A stretch of 64,000 nucleotides of DNA from Corallochytrium limacisporum Hawaii (lineage: Eukaryota > Protista > Pluriformea): the NCBI GenBank assembly GCA_002811645.1, contig PDIP01000039.1:109061-173060 (forward strand), in the 5' to 3' direction. The notes under the pieces were generated by a model. It saw only the letters and a list, made by a program, of their open reading frames with translations. It was not told where the DNA came from and did not search any database. The position numbers and the translations under genes were made by a program. Below, piece after piece: positions 1-9,917 of this stretch; position 1 is the stretch's first letter, and every line of letters begins with the position of its first letter.

Positions 1-9
1 GTGCTGACA

Positions 10-2061
10 ATGCTTTCCAAAGCCTTGATTGGACCTCTTTTTGCTGCTACTGCTACAATAGCGGAAAATGACATCGTTGTCCGTGATCCAGGGGTCGTGG
101 AAATTTGCCGAGCTGTTCTCGAAGATGATCTCACATGCGACGCTAATGAAACTTGTGAGTCGGACGATCAGCCCGTGGGTTTCAACTTCGAGCACGCCAT
201 TTGTCTTGCAACTGGGCGCCAGGAGACAGTACCTGCCTTGTTTGCAAGTAGCCGGCAAATCAGTGAAGAGTCAGTGGGGGAACTTGTGACAGTGACGACT
301 TCTAATGCTTGGGTTCCTGAACAGGAGTTGGCGTTGGGTGGTCGCAAGTTCAGGCTCCTGAGCCGTGTTACAGCACTGAGTTCGACGTACTCGGCACTGG
401 AGCTATCAAGCGGCTCAGGCACCACTTATTTCATTGATAACCCAACCACAGAGATTCAGAGCATCACTGGCCCATCTGTTGGTGGCTATATATCTGAAGG
501 AGGTGAGACGACTGCATACACCGCCCTATCAAAGGAGACCACCATCGGACTACCTCGCGGCGGACTCGAGTTTGCATCGTGGGATATTGAGAAAATCACA
601 GTTCCGCAAATTTGGGGTGGCACTCTCGAAGTTCCTCAAGCAGGGATGGTCACGACGTCGCAGAATCGAGAACGTCTCCTGGAGCTTGGAGCGGAGCAGT
701 TTGGCGTGAAGAATGAAGTGATGGACCACAACCTCGTACGTCGGTACCGATTGAAACATCGATTTGCCGCTGGTGCATTTGGCGAGATATGGCGAGCACT
801 GGAGGTTGACGGAGATTCTGTTCGCGACTATGTACTCAAGAGAATGTTTTTGGAACGGGGATCGTACGTATTTTATAGCGGACTAAGGGAAGCGTTTTTC
901 AGTCATAAGGTCCGTGGTTTTGATACTGTTGTGCCCTGCGAGGAGATTGTTCTGGCCGAACCAGATGGAACTGTCGAGATGTTGTCTTTCAGTGAGCTGC
1001 TGGACCTTGCAAGGATGCAACCTGGTCGAGCCGGGCTGGAGATGTGGTTGCTGTATCCATACGGTGGAGTATCGTTGCATCGAATGCTTTATGATCTAAC
1101 GGATGAGGGTGGTTTTCTGCACTGGCAACGCTCGGAAACTTGGAGAAGGCTACGAGACGGAAAGCATGGTTTGAATTTTTTGAAAAATCTCATGCGTGGT
1201 CTATTTGAAGGTGTGAAGGATGTACACAGTCAAGGGATTCTGCACCGAGACTTAAAGCCAGATAACATTTTGATCGGAGTGGATGCAGGGGGACAGCAAC
1301 TCAGTGGAAAAAGGTCTAGGACTGCGAAATCCCGAGTGAGGCTGGTTGATTTTGGCTCTGCAGTGGCATTTGCTGATGGTCCTGCGGGCACTGCCTATGA
1401 TTTGAACGCTATCCTTTACCCGATACAAGGACCGTCTACTGCGGAGTCTACATTACAGTACGCTCCCCCAGAAGTCACTTTCGGAATCACACCTTTCTCC
1501 TACTTCTATCCAGAAAGCTATGATATGTGGTCCCTTGGTGTGATTCTATTGGAAACCATCTTGGGTACGCCATCAATCTATGACCTAAGTGATCGTGAGA
1601 TGGCCATCCTCAACAATCGGCTTCCAACTGGTATGCAGGCTTCGGAGCGGCAACTGTACGCCACATATCGGTCGCTGCAATTGCTCTGTGTTGCACCTGT
1701 GAATGCATCACTGAACGCGTTCCTGAAATTGAACAGTGGCGTCCTCACCGACGATGAGACCTTGATGTATTGTGATGAGACGACGATGCAAGAGCGAATC
1801 AAACAGTTGGACACCCTGCACCAGGGTGCTCCAAGCGCCTCTGCTGTAGATCTTCTGCGTCACTTGTTGAGTTGGGACCCTGCACTCCGCCCTAACGCAG
1901 CTAGGGTTCTGGGACAACACGTGTTCTTCAACAAGGTAAACTCCTCCCTCGTACAATCAGAAATTGCTGAGTGGGATGATCTGTTGGAATGCCATGAATG
2001 TGGTGCCAAATTCGGTTTCAAAGACGACTACGAAGAACATCTGCGCGGGCATGAACACTAG
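10..2061 (+). CDS. Ser/Thr protein kinase resembling the plant At3g63330-type kinase family, with a C-terminal C2H2 zinc finger
   Basis: Gly loop FAAGAFGEIW, YVLKR lysine, HRDLKPDN, DFG, YAPPE, YDMWSLG. Family-like segments LKRMFLERG-x4-SGLRE and ETILGTPSIY. C-terminal CHEC-x12-H-x3-H. First ATG is at 10, but the frame is open to the window edge, so the 5' end may be truncated. Confidence 0.88.
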   Translation: MLSKALIGPLFAATATIAENDIVVRDPGVVEICRAVLEDDLTCDANETCESDDQPVGFNFEHAICLATGRQETVPALFASSRQISEESVGELVTVTTSNAWVPEQELALGGRKFRLLSRVTALSSTYSALELSSGSGTTYFIDNPTTEIQSITGPSVGGYISEGGETTAYTALSKETTIGLPRGGLEFASWDIEKITVPQIWGGTLEVPQAGMVTTSQNRERLLELGAEQFGVKNEVMDHNLVRRYRLKHRFAAGAFGEIWRALEVDGDSVRDYVLKRMFLERGSYVFYSGLREAFFSHKVRGFDTVVPCEEIVLAEPDGTVEMLSFSELLDLARMQPGRAGLEMWLLYPYGGVSLHRMLYDLTDEGGFLHWQRSETWRRLRDGKHGLNFLKNLMRGLFEGVKDVHSQGILHRDLKPDNILIGVDAGGQQLSGKRSRTAKSRVRLVDFGSAVAFADGPAGTAYDLNAILYPIQGPSTAESTLQYAPPEVTFGITPFSYFYPESYDMWSLGVILLETILGTPSIYDLSDREMAILNNRLPTGMQASERQLYATYRSLQLLCVAPVNASLNAFLKLNSGVLTDDETLMYCDETTMQERIKQLDTLHQGAPSASAVDLLRHLLSWDPALRPNAARVLGQHVFFNKVNSSLVQSEIAEWDDLLECHECGAKFGFKDDYEEHLRGHEH

Positions 2062-2094
2062 CAATAAATATTTTAATGCACTGGAATGTAAATA

Positions 2095-2625
2095 TCATCC
2101 ACCAGATCCATATCTCTCCATACCCCGTAACGTGACCATCACTCGATTCCTCTGCAGTTGCGCGTGACCGGGACCCACTCCTCCGTACACGACGCCCTGA
2201 GTCGTTACTCGACTATGGTGTGGAATACGCTGACCGGGAGCAATTCGAGCATTCGCTTCAATCACACAGCACTCCCCAATGTCAGCACCTCCACCGACGA
2301 TAGCCCCGTCACCAATGGCTACATAGTTGCCCACAAGATTTGCACAAACCTCACAATTTTCCCCAATTTGCACAAAGCTTCCAATCCTCAGGTCATAGCC
2401 TTGTGCAGGCGCTAACACTGACTTGCTACCGACCAAACAATTAGGGCCAACAGCAATTTTGCCCAGATCACCCCGTAACGATGAGTCCGCAAAAATCACA
2501 CTACGTGATCCAATTTTACAATTCTGGGGGCCCTTGATCTTGGCTTCCGGGCTCACCTTCGCCTGCGAAGGTAAGTTTACGAAGCTGACTAGGTCCACCT
2601 CAGGGTACGGCGTATACTTCGCCAT
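2095..2625 (-). CDS. DCTN5: Dynactin subunit p25 (left-handed beta-helix)
   Basis: Hexapeptide repeats; KVS-x4-IKGPQN and LRGDLGKIAVG match p25 KVS..LCGSQN and IRGDLANVRVG; 176 aa. Confidence 0.8.
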   Translation of the reverse strand: MAKYTPYPEVDLVSFVNLPSQAKVSPEAKIKGPQNCKIGSRSVIFADSSLRGDLGKIAVGPNCLVGSKSVLAPAQGYDLRIGSFVQIGENCEVCANLVGNYVAIGDGAIVGGGADIGECCVIEANARIAPGQRIPHHSRVTTQGVVYGGVGPGHAQLQRNRVMVTLRGMERYGSGG

Positions 2626-2833
2626 TTCGATAGTATATATGGCAGATCAGCAGCAGTCGGGCAGATTTCCATCTGACAAGACTAACTTATAAAGTACAAT
2701 CCCACATACTAAATAGTTCACCAAGGAAAGATGAATCCGAATGACTCTTGTAAAACGAAAACAAGTCTAATCATGATACATTAGAATCCGAACGGGATTT
2801 TGGCGCCCTGCTGCCCCTCTCCCCTCCACTTTA

Positions 2834-4462
2834 TTACACTGCGTTCTCCAGTTGTCCCAAAAAGGGGAACGTGGACGAATCGAGCTCGTACTCATCAGGC
2901 ACCTTGAATATCGACTCTTCAACTTCATCAAGCCACTCAAAATTCTGGAACTCCAATGCAGCCGTAATTGTGGGCACAATGGGCATGTCCAACTTCACAG
3001 GGAAACCGGGAGGCATTTCCGTGCTAATGAAGTCGTTCAGGCGCCGCAGCAAGCGATGGTTTGGCGCTGCCACAGACAGCAGACCCATCACGATGTCGAA
3101 ATCAACCGGGAAATCGTCGCTCATGAACACCTGGCCGGTGAGAGTACGTGATTTGACCTTGATCTTCTGGGGCCGACCCGGCTGCGCCAGACGCTTGCCT
3201 TCGTCTGTGCCGGTGTCGGCGGCCAGGTAATCGTCAAAGAGCCAGGTTGGTTCAGGCACAGGAGGCAATTCCCGGGGTAAGTCCAAAGAGGTCCTAGGAG
3301 ACCGCGTCGGCGACTGTGGGTTAGCATGACCATTTCGAGCCACGACATCGTTGGCCAATCCGTTGACACCATTGGCATGACCATCGGTGTCCTCGGCATC
3401 ATGGAATTCGTCATCATCACCAGGATCTTCGTCATACGGAGGTGGCGGTTCAATGATTTGCCGGTTCGGAGATTCATGTGGTGACCGATGTACCTCTTCC
3501 CAATGTCGTGCTGACCTTTCGTGATTCCTGGAGTCACCGCGTACGTGGTGCTCTGTGCGGATGCGTGTGATGATCTTCATGTTCTGAATGTCGTAGACTC
3601 CAGCTTGGTATTTCTCACCGATGGTCTCCGTACGCTCGCTACCAAAGCCAAAAAGTGTGTATGCACGCTGGAATCGGATATCTGCTACGTTGACGTCAAC
3701 ATCCGTGACGTCGCCGGACATAATGAAGTTTACATCATCACCACCCACTTCTTCATCGGCGTCCTCGCCTTCCTGATCTTCAAGTTTGAAGTATTTCTTG
3801 GCCTCGTTGTCAAGCATTGTCAGTTCTGTCTTCAGTCCAAGCGGATTCTTTGATGTCTTCCGAGCCGGTTTCAACTTGATCAAATAGGTCAGGTCACCAC
3901 GTTTCCAACTCATACTAGACGTACCAAACTCACGCAGAGTAGTATCGATGCGCAACCCGTCCTTTCCTTTGTAGATCTTAAACGTGTCTTTCGGGCACAG
4001 TCGACTCACAAATGGCACCCAGCTATGGAAGTCCCACTTCAATTCAAGGTAGAATGCACCAATAGCCTCCAATTTGGACAAGAATTCGGGCGTTCGACTC
4101 TCCATCTTTTGCATTGCTTGCTGCTTCAAGTACTTCAGGATCATCTCTACCATTTCTGCGTCGTTGTAGCATATTGCCTCTTCAAGGGCCGTCCAGCGGC
4201 CATTATTCTTGGCATCGAGTCGAATTTTGTTGGCCAGTAAAACACGCATACAGTCTTTCCTGTTGAGCATGGCCGCCAGATGGGCAGCTGTGTTGCCATG
4301 GACGTCCTTTACTGAGATCGGTCCATCCTGCCCTGGTAAAACGTCCCGCATTCCGGCTTCCATTGCCTTGATCTGTAGTTTTAGAGAGTCCAGATCGTTT
4401 TCCCACACCGCACGGTGCAACGGGTACGAATGTCCGGAGGAAGACCCTGCGTCTTTCTCCAT
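2834..4462 (-). CDS. ANKRD13: ANKRD13-family ankyrin / GPCR-chaperone domain protein
   Basis: YPLHRAVW, HGNTAAHLA, WTALEEA, FYLELKWDFHSWVPFVSRLCPKD, PPGFPVKLDMPI. First ATG at 4462 (the ORF track starts at a GTG). Confidence 0.92.
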   Translation of the reverse strand: MEKDAGSSSGHSYPLHRAVWENDLDSLKLQIKAMEAGMRDVLPGQDGPISVKDVHGNTAAHLAAMLNRKDCMRVLLANKIRLDAKNNGRWTALEEAICYNDAEMVEMILKYLKQQAMQKMESRTPEFLSKLEAIGAFYLELKWDFHSWVPFVSRLCPKDTFKIYKGKDGLRIDTTLREFGTSSMSWKRGDLTYLIKLKPARKTSKNPLGLKTELTMLDNEAKKYFKLEDQEGEDADEEVGGDDVNFIMSGDVTDVDVNVADIRFQRAYTLFGFGSERTETIGEKYQAGVYDIQNMKIITRIRTEHHVRGDSRNHERSARHWEEVHRSPHESPNRQIIEPPPPYDEDPGDDDEFHDAEDTDGHANGVNGLANDVVARNGHANPQSPTRSPRTSLDLPRELPPVPEPTWLFDDYLAADTGTDEGKRLAQPGRPQKIKVKSRTLTGQVFMSDDFPVDFDIVMGLLSVAAPNHRLLRRLNDFISTEMPPGFPVKLDMPIVPTITAALEFQNFEWLDEVEESIFKVPDEYELDSSTFPFLGQLENAV

Positions 4463-4876
4463 GACTTGCTCGTTTTCGTAGTCAATGATATACTCGTTTA
4501 TCGCAATGAAAGTTTCCACTTTGTGCTCATGATATCTGCGTCGCTGCTTTTCAAGATATTTATCATCGTCGATGGAATTGAAAGAGAAAGCTTATAGGAT
4601 TTGAACCTTTCCAAATAGCCGCCATGTTTCCAGCGTCCAAACGTCGTTGTCACGTCCAGAGGGCACTTTCCCTTGCTGAATCCTGGGCACAGTCCTACGA
4701 CCCATCGCATCGGTAAACCCGGCCCCAACATTCATAGTATTGAATGTACTGCATAGAATGTGTGCTAACAGGGCAGTAAAATGCAAGCGGTGAAGTGGTC
4801 GCGAAATCCCACCCCCCGAGGGAGGGAGGTTTGATGTTGGCGCGTTCAAAGCAGTCAACAGCTCAGAGTAACACAA

Positions 4877-5012
4877 CCCCCCCGGGGGGGGGTCCCCGCC
4901 CTAGCAGCCCTGCGGCTGCCGGTACACCTCCGCGTAGGGACCGGGACAGAGTCGCACCGCAGCGGGAAGGGCCCTCAGCGGATCCGGGAGGGCCGGGCGG
5001 GAACTAGCCCCC
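4877..5012. promoter_or_regulatory. GC-rich island (C7G9 palindrome plus hairpins) in the divergent ANKRD13/VPS15 spacer
   Basis: Sharp rise in GC content between head-to-head genes. Confidence 0.45.
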
Positions 5013-5238
5013 AGAGCGAAGCGAATCAAGGACCGATAGTGTGTTTTCGATGGAGACCTATTTATGAAGTATGGTGCAACAGAGTGGCCTCTCTAATACG
5101 TTTTCCCGTGGAATTTCTGTGGAAAGCAGGCAAAGGATATACCTGAGCAATGAAGCAGAACCCGTGTGGTATATGTGTCCAACGTATAGTCTGATCGTAA
5201 TGTAAGTGAACTAAGCTTTCAGCATTGTAGCCAGAAAC

Positions 5239-8200
5239 ATGGGGAACAAAGTCGTTACTTCGGCTTCCCCATCGCAGACATATGCGATTGAAATTTTCCA
5301 ACGGGATCTGGCAACTGAGTACAAGTACACCGGTTCGTTACGGTCCACTCGATTTTTCAAGGTTGTGAAAGTGCTACACACGGCACACGGAAAGGACTTG
5401 AATTGGGAATACCCTGCTATAGTAAAAATCTTCCTAAAAAGTGAAGGCCGAGCAGGTGATGAGAATGATTTAACACACATTCATGATGAATTATATCGCA
5501 TCGGGTTAAGATTGAACGGATTACCACATGTTGTTCCGTACTACCAAGCCAGGGAAAAGTCTGACGTTGCATACCTTGTCCGGCCGTACTTCGGAACCAA
5601 TCTATATGATAGACTTAGCACACGGCCTTTTCCTACAAAGGCAGAGCAGATATGGATCACCTACCAGCTTTTGAAAGCTATGGAACAGATCCATGATGTA
5701 GGGGTATGCCACGGGGATTTGAAGGCAGAGAATATTGTACTCAGTTCCTCAGGATGGCTAAGCATTGTTGATTTTGCCAGTTTCAAACCGACTTTGCTGC
5801 CAGCTGAGAATCAGGGTGAATTCTACTTCTTCTTTGACTCCGCGGGTCGAGGAAACTGCTACATAGCCCCGGAAAGATTCGTGGCTGCGGCCAAAGCGGA
5901 CAGCGATGCTCCTTTTGAACCTGGCATGGACATGTTCAGCGTTGGATGTGTAATCGCAGAAATTTTCAGTAGGGGTAGCTTTGCATTCGGTCTCAGTGAC
6001 CTCTTAAGCTATGCAAATGGAGACATCAGCGATTCTGTCTTCACCACGCGCATCGAAGAACCAGTGATCGCACGTTTAGTTCAAGGACTAGTAGCCCGAG
6101 ATCCCGTCAAACGCCTTACTGCTACGCAAGCTTTGCAACAATTCCGGGACATTGTATTTCCGGGAGTGATGGATGATTTTCTGTATGACTATCTGATGGA
6201 TTTGAACACCAATGCGAACGTTGCTGACGCAAAGATCGCCGTCATCTATGCAGACTATGAAAAGATTTTGCAAGAAATTAATGCCAAGCCGACGCCCCTT
6301 CTGCGAATGAGCAAAGCCACGTCGTCTATCACTGGGAATCTGGGTATTCTAAATGAGCCATGGAGCCGAAGTGAAGTCAAACTTGAGACAAAGAGTGATG
6401 CGGACATCAAAGGTCCACAAAGACAGGTCAATGATTTGGTCATCTTGATACTGGACCAGGTAACATCGTGCCTTCGCCAATGTTACTATACATCCTCCAA
6501 GATCGCTGCTGTGCACCTACTAGTTGGCTTTGGTGCCATTTGCTCTGCTGATGTGATTTTGGATCGTATAATCCCCTACATAGTGTTCATGATGGATGAC
6601 GTGAAATCACGAGTTCGCGTTGAGGCTCTCATAGGCTTGAAGTGCCTAACATCAACGGTGACGAGTGTAAACCAGGGCAATCGTTCCATTTTTCCAGAGT
6701 ATATCTTTCCTGTGGTTTTCCAACTTGCCCGGGACCCCTCCAAATACGTTAGATTAGCTTACGCGAGACGGGTTGGGTTTATCGCCTTGGAAGCAAAACG
6801 ATTCTTGGAACAAGCAAAGCCGGATCCAACCGGGCCTCAGACAAGCAGCATTGACATCATGGACGCTTTCTCTTTGCCATACGATTCAGAACTAAGGACC
6901 CTGCGCGAAATGATGCAGGAAAGTGTTGTGCAACTGCTTACAAACGACGAAATCGGGGTGCGGTTAGCAGTCATCAATACTGCCCTTCATGAGTTGTGTC
7001 TCTTCTTCGAGACTCGACGATCTAATGATGTTATCCTGGCGCATCTCATCACATATGTGAACGACCCTGACTGGGTTTTGAGAATGGCTTTTTGGAACTG
7101 CATCAAGGATGTTGCCATCTACATCGGTGGCACCGCTATCGAGCAATATGTTGGGCCACTTATTGAAAAGGGCCTAACAGACCCAGAGGAATTTGTCATT
7201 GATTCTGGGTTGCGATCTCTGCAGTCTTTGTGCGAAATGCCCCTCTTCAGTGTTGCCATGCTCAAGAGCATTGTCCGAACAGTAAGCCCCCTCTTGTGCC
7301 ATCCGAACAAGTGGATTCGCAAAGGCGCTGTCCGATTGATAGTGACAGTCTGCAGAAACCCTGACATATCCATTGTTGATGTTCATTGCACGATCCTTCC
7401 ATGCTTCCGCTCCTTCCTGGTTGCCAGCCTGTACGAAATTAGTGACGAAGAGATCCTCTTGCACACCCTCTGTCCTCCCATCCCCAGGTTCTTGATCGAA
7501 ATGCCATTCATGATGGAGAATCCTCACGATTTTTTCAGATACCTGGAAGACCGGATCGATGCAAATGGAGATCACCAAGGCAAGAGTTACATCATGGAAG
7601 CGCTCGAACACGCAAAATTGAAGTCTCAGGGCGACAGTGCTGCTCAGCTGAAGGTTAAACTGCGATACTGTGAGCCCTCAAGTTATAATGATGTCTGCTT
7701 GCTGGCCATGAAGAATTATTTCATGCTGAGCCTAATGCCTGGTCAAATCAATCGGTATCGTCAATCAGATTTGATCGCAGAGTCGTCTGGCGCCAGTCCT
7801 CTGCGGGCTCTGAATCAAAAGAGCAAGGAACTTGAGTATCCGACAGTAACGATTGACTTGGAGGAAGCAATTGCCCAAGCAGGCATGAATCCTGCTGAGA
7901 CAGGATTTGCTGAACAAATGATCTGCCGAGGGATGCTTTGGCCGAGCCGGGATGTCCATCAGGTTCTAGTTAAGGAAGGAATGCAAACTACTACCAGCTC
8001 GGATCCTGCTCGTGATGCGATGCAAGGAGATCATGGTGAGCTGCAGGTACACGGCAGTGCCCAGCAGTATGATTTAACGATGAGGCGGACTCGTGCAAAG
8101 GTATCATCGTCAATGAAAGGAAAATTGATCTCGCATCTCCACGAACACACTGGCGGAATCAATCATCTGGTGGTAAACCCTCATGACAACTCATACTTTT

Positions 8201-9870
8201 TGACGGGATCAAACGATGGTACTGTGAAGCTCTGGGACGTTCGCATGATTGAGAAACGGACCTCTGGTCGATCACGTACAACCTATGACGGATTGAAATC
8301 AGGGCGCGTAACTCATGTTGCAGTCATTGAACACGGGTCACAGTTCGTTGGCTCTAATAACAACGGCAAAATGCATGTGGTCGATGTCTTGACCAATTCA
8401 AAGATGGGTAAAATCGACTATTTTGTGGCATCGGGTTCACAATACCAGCGGACCTTGAACCCGTCTGGTGAGAATTGCATCTCGGACCTCTGCTCGGGAG
8501 AGGCATTAAGCCGGTCTCTAGTGTTGTACTCGAACATGGAGGGGGATATCCATGGCTGGGATTGTCGCTCAGGTAAGCGCACGTTCACTCTCGGCCACCG
8601 GGATCATCGTGGCCTGATAAAATCGTTTTGTCTCGACTCTAGTGGCAACTGGTTGGTATCCACCACGCCGGATGGCTACCTGACTCTGTGGGATGTGCGC
8701 TTCAATATCCCTCTGCGAGTATGGCAGGTCATGGCTCGTCAGAGCCGTAGCCATGGCGTGTCAGCGCTGTCCCCAGGAGGCATAGGTGATGGCAATAGTG
8801 CCGGCCTCACGTCTGTTCCCCTGCCAATGCGACAGGTAGTACCACACGTCAGTGCTAACCTTCGTCGCCATGTGGTATTGGTACCGCAGCTCTCGCGCGA
8901 TGTTCTCATCTGGGATGTGGAACGCATGGAGCCGAGCCATGTACTGCGCTCAACACCGCCACCGTCACCGTCTCAGGTGGAGAGCATTGCAAGCGTGAAC
9001 AAAGCGTTTATGTCTGATCAAAATGGCCTGCTTGGAAATCTTACCTACTCAGCGCAGGAAATTATCAGCCGGCATGAGTCGCCTTTCCTTGCGGACCATG
9101 CCCATGGAGTGTCTCAACAAGGTCACGGAGGTGCCCTAGGCTCGAATAGTCGTATGGATCTGGCCGATATTGATCCTTGGGCGCAAGCAACAGACCGTCA
9201 GAAACACGAGAGTGTTGCAGTTGCCTTCTCCTATCCGGACCGGCCCATGATTCTCACTGGGGGCCACGATAGTCATATTCGTCTTTGGCGTCTTGAGAAC
9301 CCGGACACGAGCACCGTGCTTTCAACACCACACATCCGCGCAAGTGGTACGCGTTCTTCCCACTATGGTGGTAGCGGCGGCGGTGCAAGAGACCATCGAA
9401 GCGGAGAACACCATCGTGAGGGAGGAAGGGATCGCTCAAGCGCATCAATAGCCATGGACGGAACGGGAACTGGTAACGATTCAACCCGCGGCGATGGTGG
9501 TACGGGTGCTGGGAATATATCAAGCCAGAGCGTGACCTCTGCAGCCGTCGGTGTAGGTGGCAGCGATGGTCATCGCAGCGGTGCCTCCGGGTCTACTTCA
9601 TCGAACCAGCTGCGTCGGCAGCGGCATGCTATGCCGATTGCGTACTCCTATCGTCATCAAAACTTGGAGCGTGGGGGCGGCATGGTCATCACCGAGAGCT
9701 GGACTCCCGGTGTCCTTCTGCATGATGTCGGCAAAGCGCATCGCTATGATCTGAAGCAGACAAATGTGGCCCATGCAGATGCGATCACAGCTATTGCCAC
9801 TGCAACCGGACAGCAGAGTATGCTGGCGCTCAGTGGATCCCGAGACGGTGCTGTCAAGGTCTGGGTTTGA
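5239..9870 (+). CDS. VPS15: VPS15/PIK3R4, regulatory subunit of class III PI3K
   Basis: MGN myristoylation start, STRFFKV, LYDRLSTRPF, HGDLKAEN, DFASFKP, CYIAPERF, HEAT region, C-terminal WD40 ending GSRDGAVKVW. Confidence 0.97.
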   Translation: MGNKVVTSASPSQTYAIEIFQRDLATEYKYTGSLRSTRFFKVVKVLHTAHGKDLNWEYPAIVKIFLKSEGRAGDENDLTHIHDELYRIGLRLNGLPHVVPYYQAREKSDVAYLVRPYFGTNLYDRLSTRPFPTKAEQIWITYQLLKAMEQIHDVGVCHGDLKAENIVLSSSGWLSIVDFASFKPTLLPAENQGEFYFFFDSAGRGNCYIAPERFVAAAKADSDAPFEPGMDMFSVGCVIAEIFSRGSFAFGLSDLLSYANGDISDSVFTTRIEEPVIARLVQGLVARDPVKRLTATQALQQFRDIVFPGVMDDFLYDYLMDLNTNANVADAKIAVIYADYEKILQEINAKPTPLLRMSKATSSITGNLGILNEPWSRSEVKLETKSDADIKGPQRQVNDLVILILDQVTSCLRQCYYTSSKIAAVHLLVGFGAICSADVILDRIIPYIVFMMDDVKSRVRVEALIGLKCLTSTVTSVNQGNRSIFPEYIFPVVFQLARDPSKYVRLAYARRVGFIALEAKRFLEQAKPDPTGPQTSSIDIMDAFSLPYDSELRTLREMMQESVVQLLTNDEIGVRLAVINTALHELCLFFETRRSNDVILAHLITYVNDPDWVLRMAFWNCIKDVAIYIGGTAIEQYVGPLIEKGLTDPEEFVIDSGLRSLQSLCEMPLFSVAMLKSIVRTVSPLLCHPNKWIRKGAVRLIVTVCRNPDISIVDVHCTILPCFRSFLVASLYEISDEEILLHTLCPPIPRFLIEMPFMMENPHDFFRYLEDRIDANGDHQGKSYIMEALEHAKLKSQGDSAAQLKVKLRYCEPSSYNDVCLLAMKNYFMLSLMPGQINRYRQSDLIAESSGASPLRALNQKSKELEYPTVTIDLEEAIAQAGMNPAETGFAEQMICRGMLWPSRDVHQVLVKEGMQTTTSSDPARDAMQGDHGELQVHGSAQQYDLTMRRTRAKVSSSMKGKLISHLHEHTGGINHLVVNPHDNSYFLTGSNDGTVKLWDVRMIEKRTSGRSRTTYDGLKSGRVTHVAVIEHGSQFVGSNNNGKMHVVDVLTNSKMGKIDYFVASGSQYQRTLNPSGENCISDLCSGEALSRSLVLYSNMEGDIHGWDCRSGKRTFTLGHRDHRGLIKSFCLDSSGNWLVSTTPDGYLTLWDVRFNIPLRVWQVMARQSRSHGVSALSPGGIGDGNSAGLTSVPLPMRQVVPHVSANLRRHVVLVPQLSRDVLIWDVERMEPSHVLRSTPPPSPSQVESIASVNKAFMSDQNGLLGNLTYSAQEIISRHESPFLADHAHGVSQQGHGGALGSNSRMDLADIDPWAQATDRQKHESVAVAFSYPDRPMILTGGHDSHIRLWRLENPDTSTVLSTPHIRASGTRSSHYGGSGGGARDHRSGEHHREGGRDRSSASIAMDGTGTGNDSTRGDGGTGAGNISSQSVTSAAVGVGGSDGHRSGASGSTSSNQLRRQRHAMPIAYSYRHQNLERGGGMVITESWTPGVLLHDVGKAHRYDLKQTNVAHADAITAIATATGQQSMLALSGSRDGAVKVWV

Positions 9871-9917
9871 CGTCGAAATATACAGAAAATCTATTGCGTT
9901 TTGTAACTGCTCATAAT

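Noticed and set aside
4960-5035. HDV-like ribozyme hint (GCGAAT followed by CAAGGAC)
   Set aside because: No upstream P2 partner or nested pseudoknot found.
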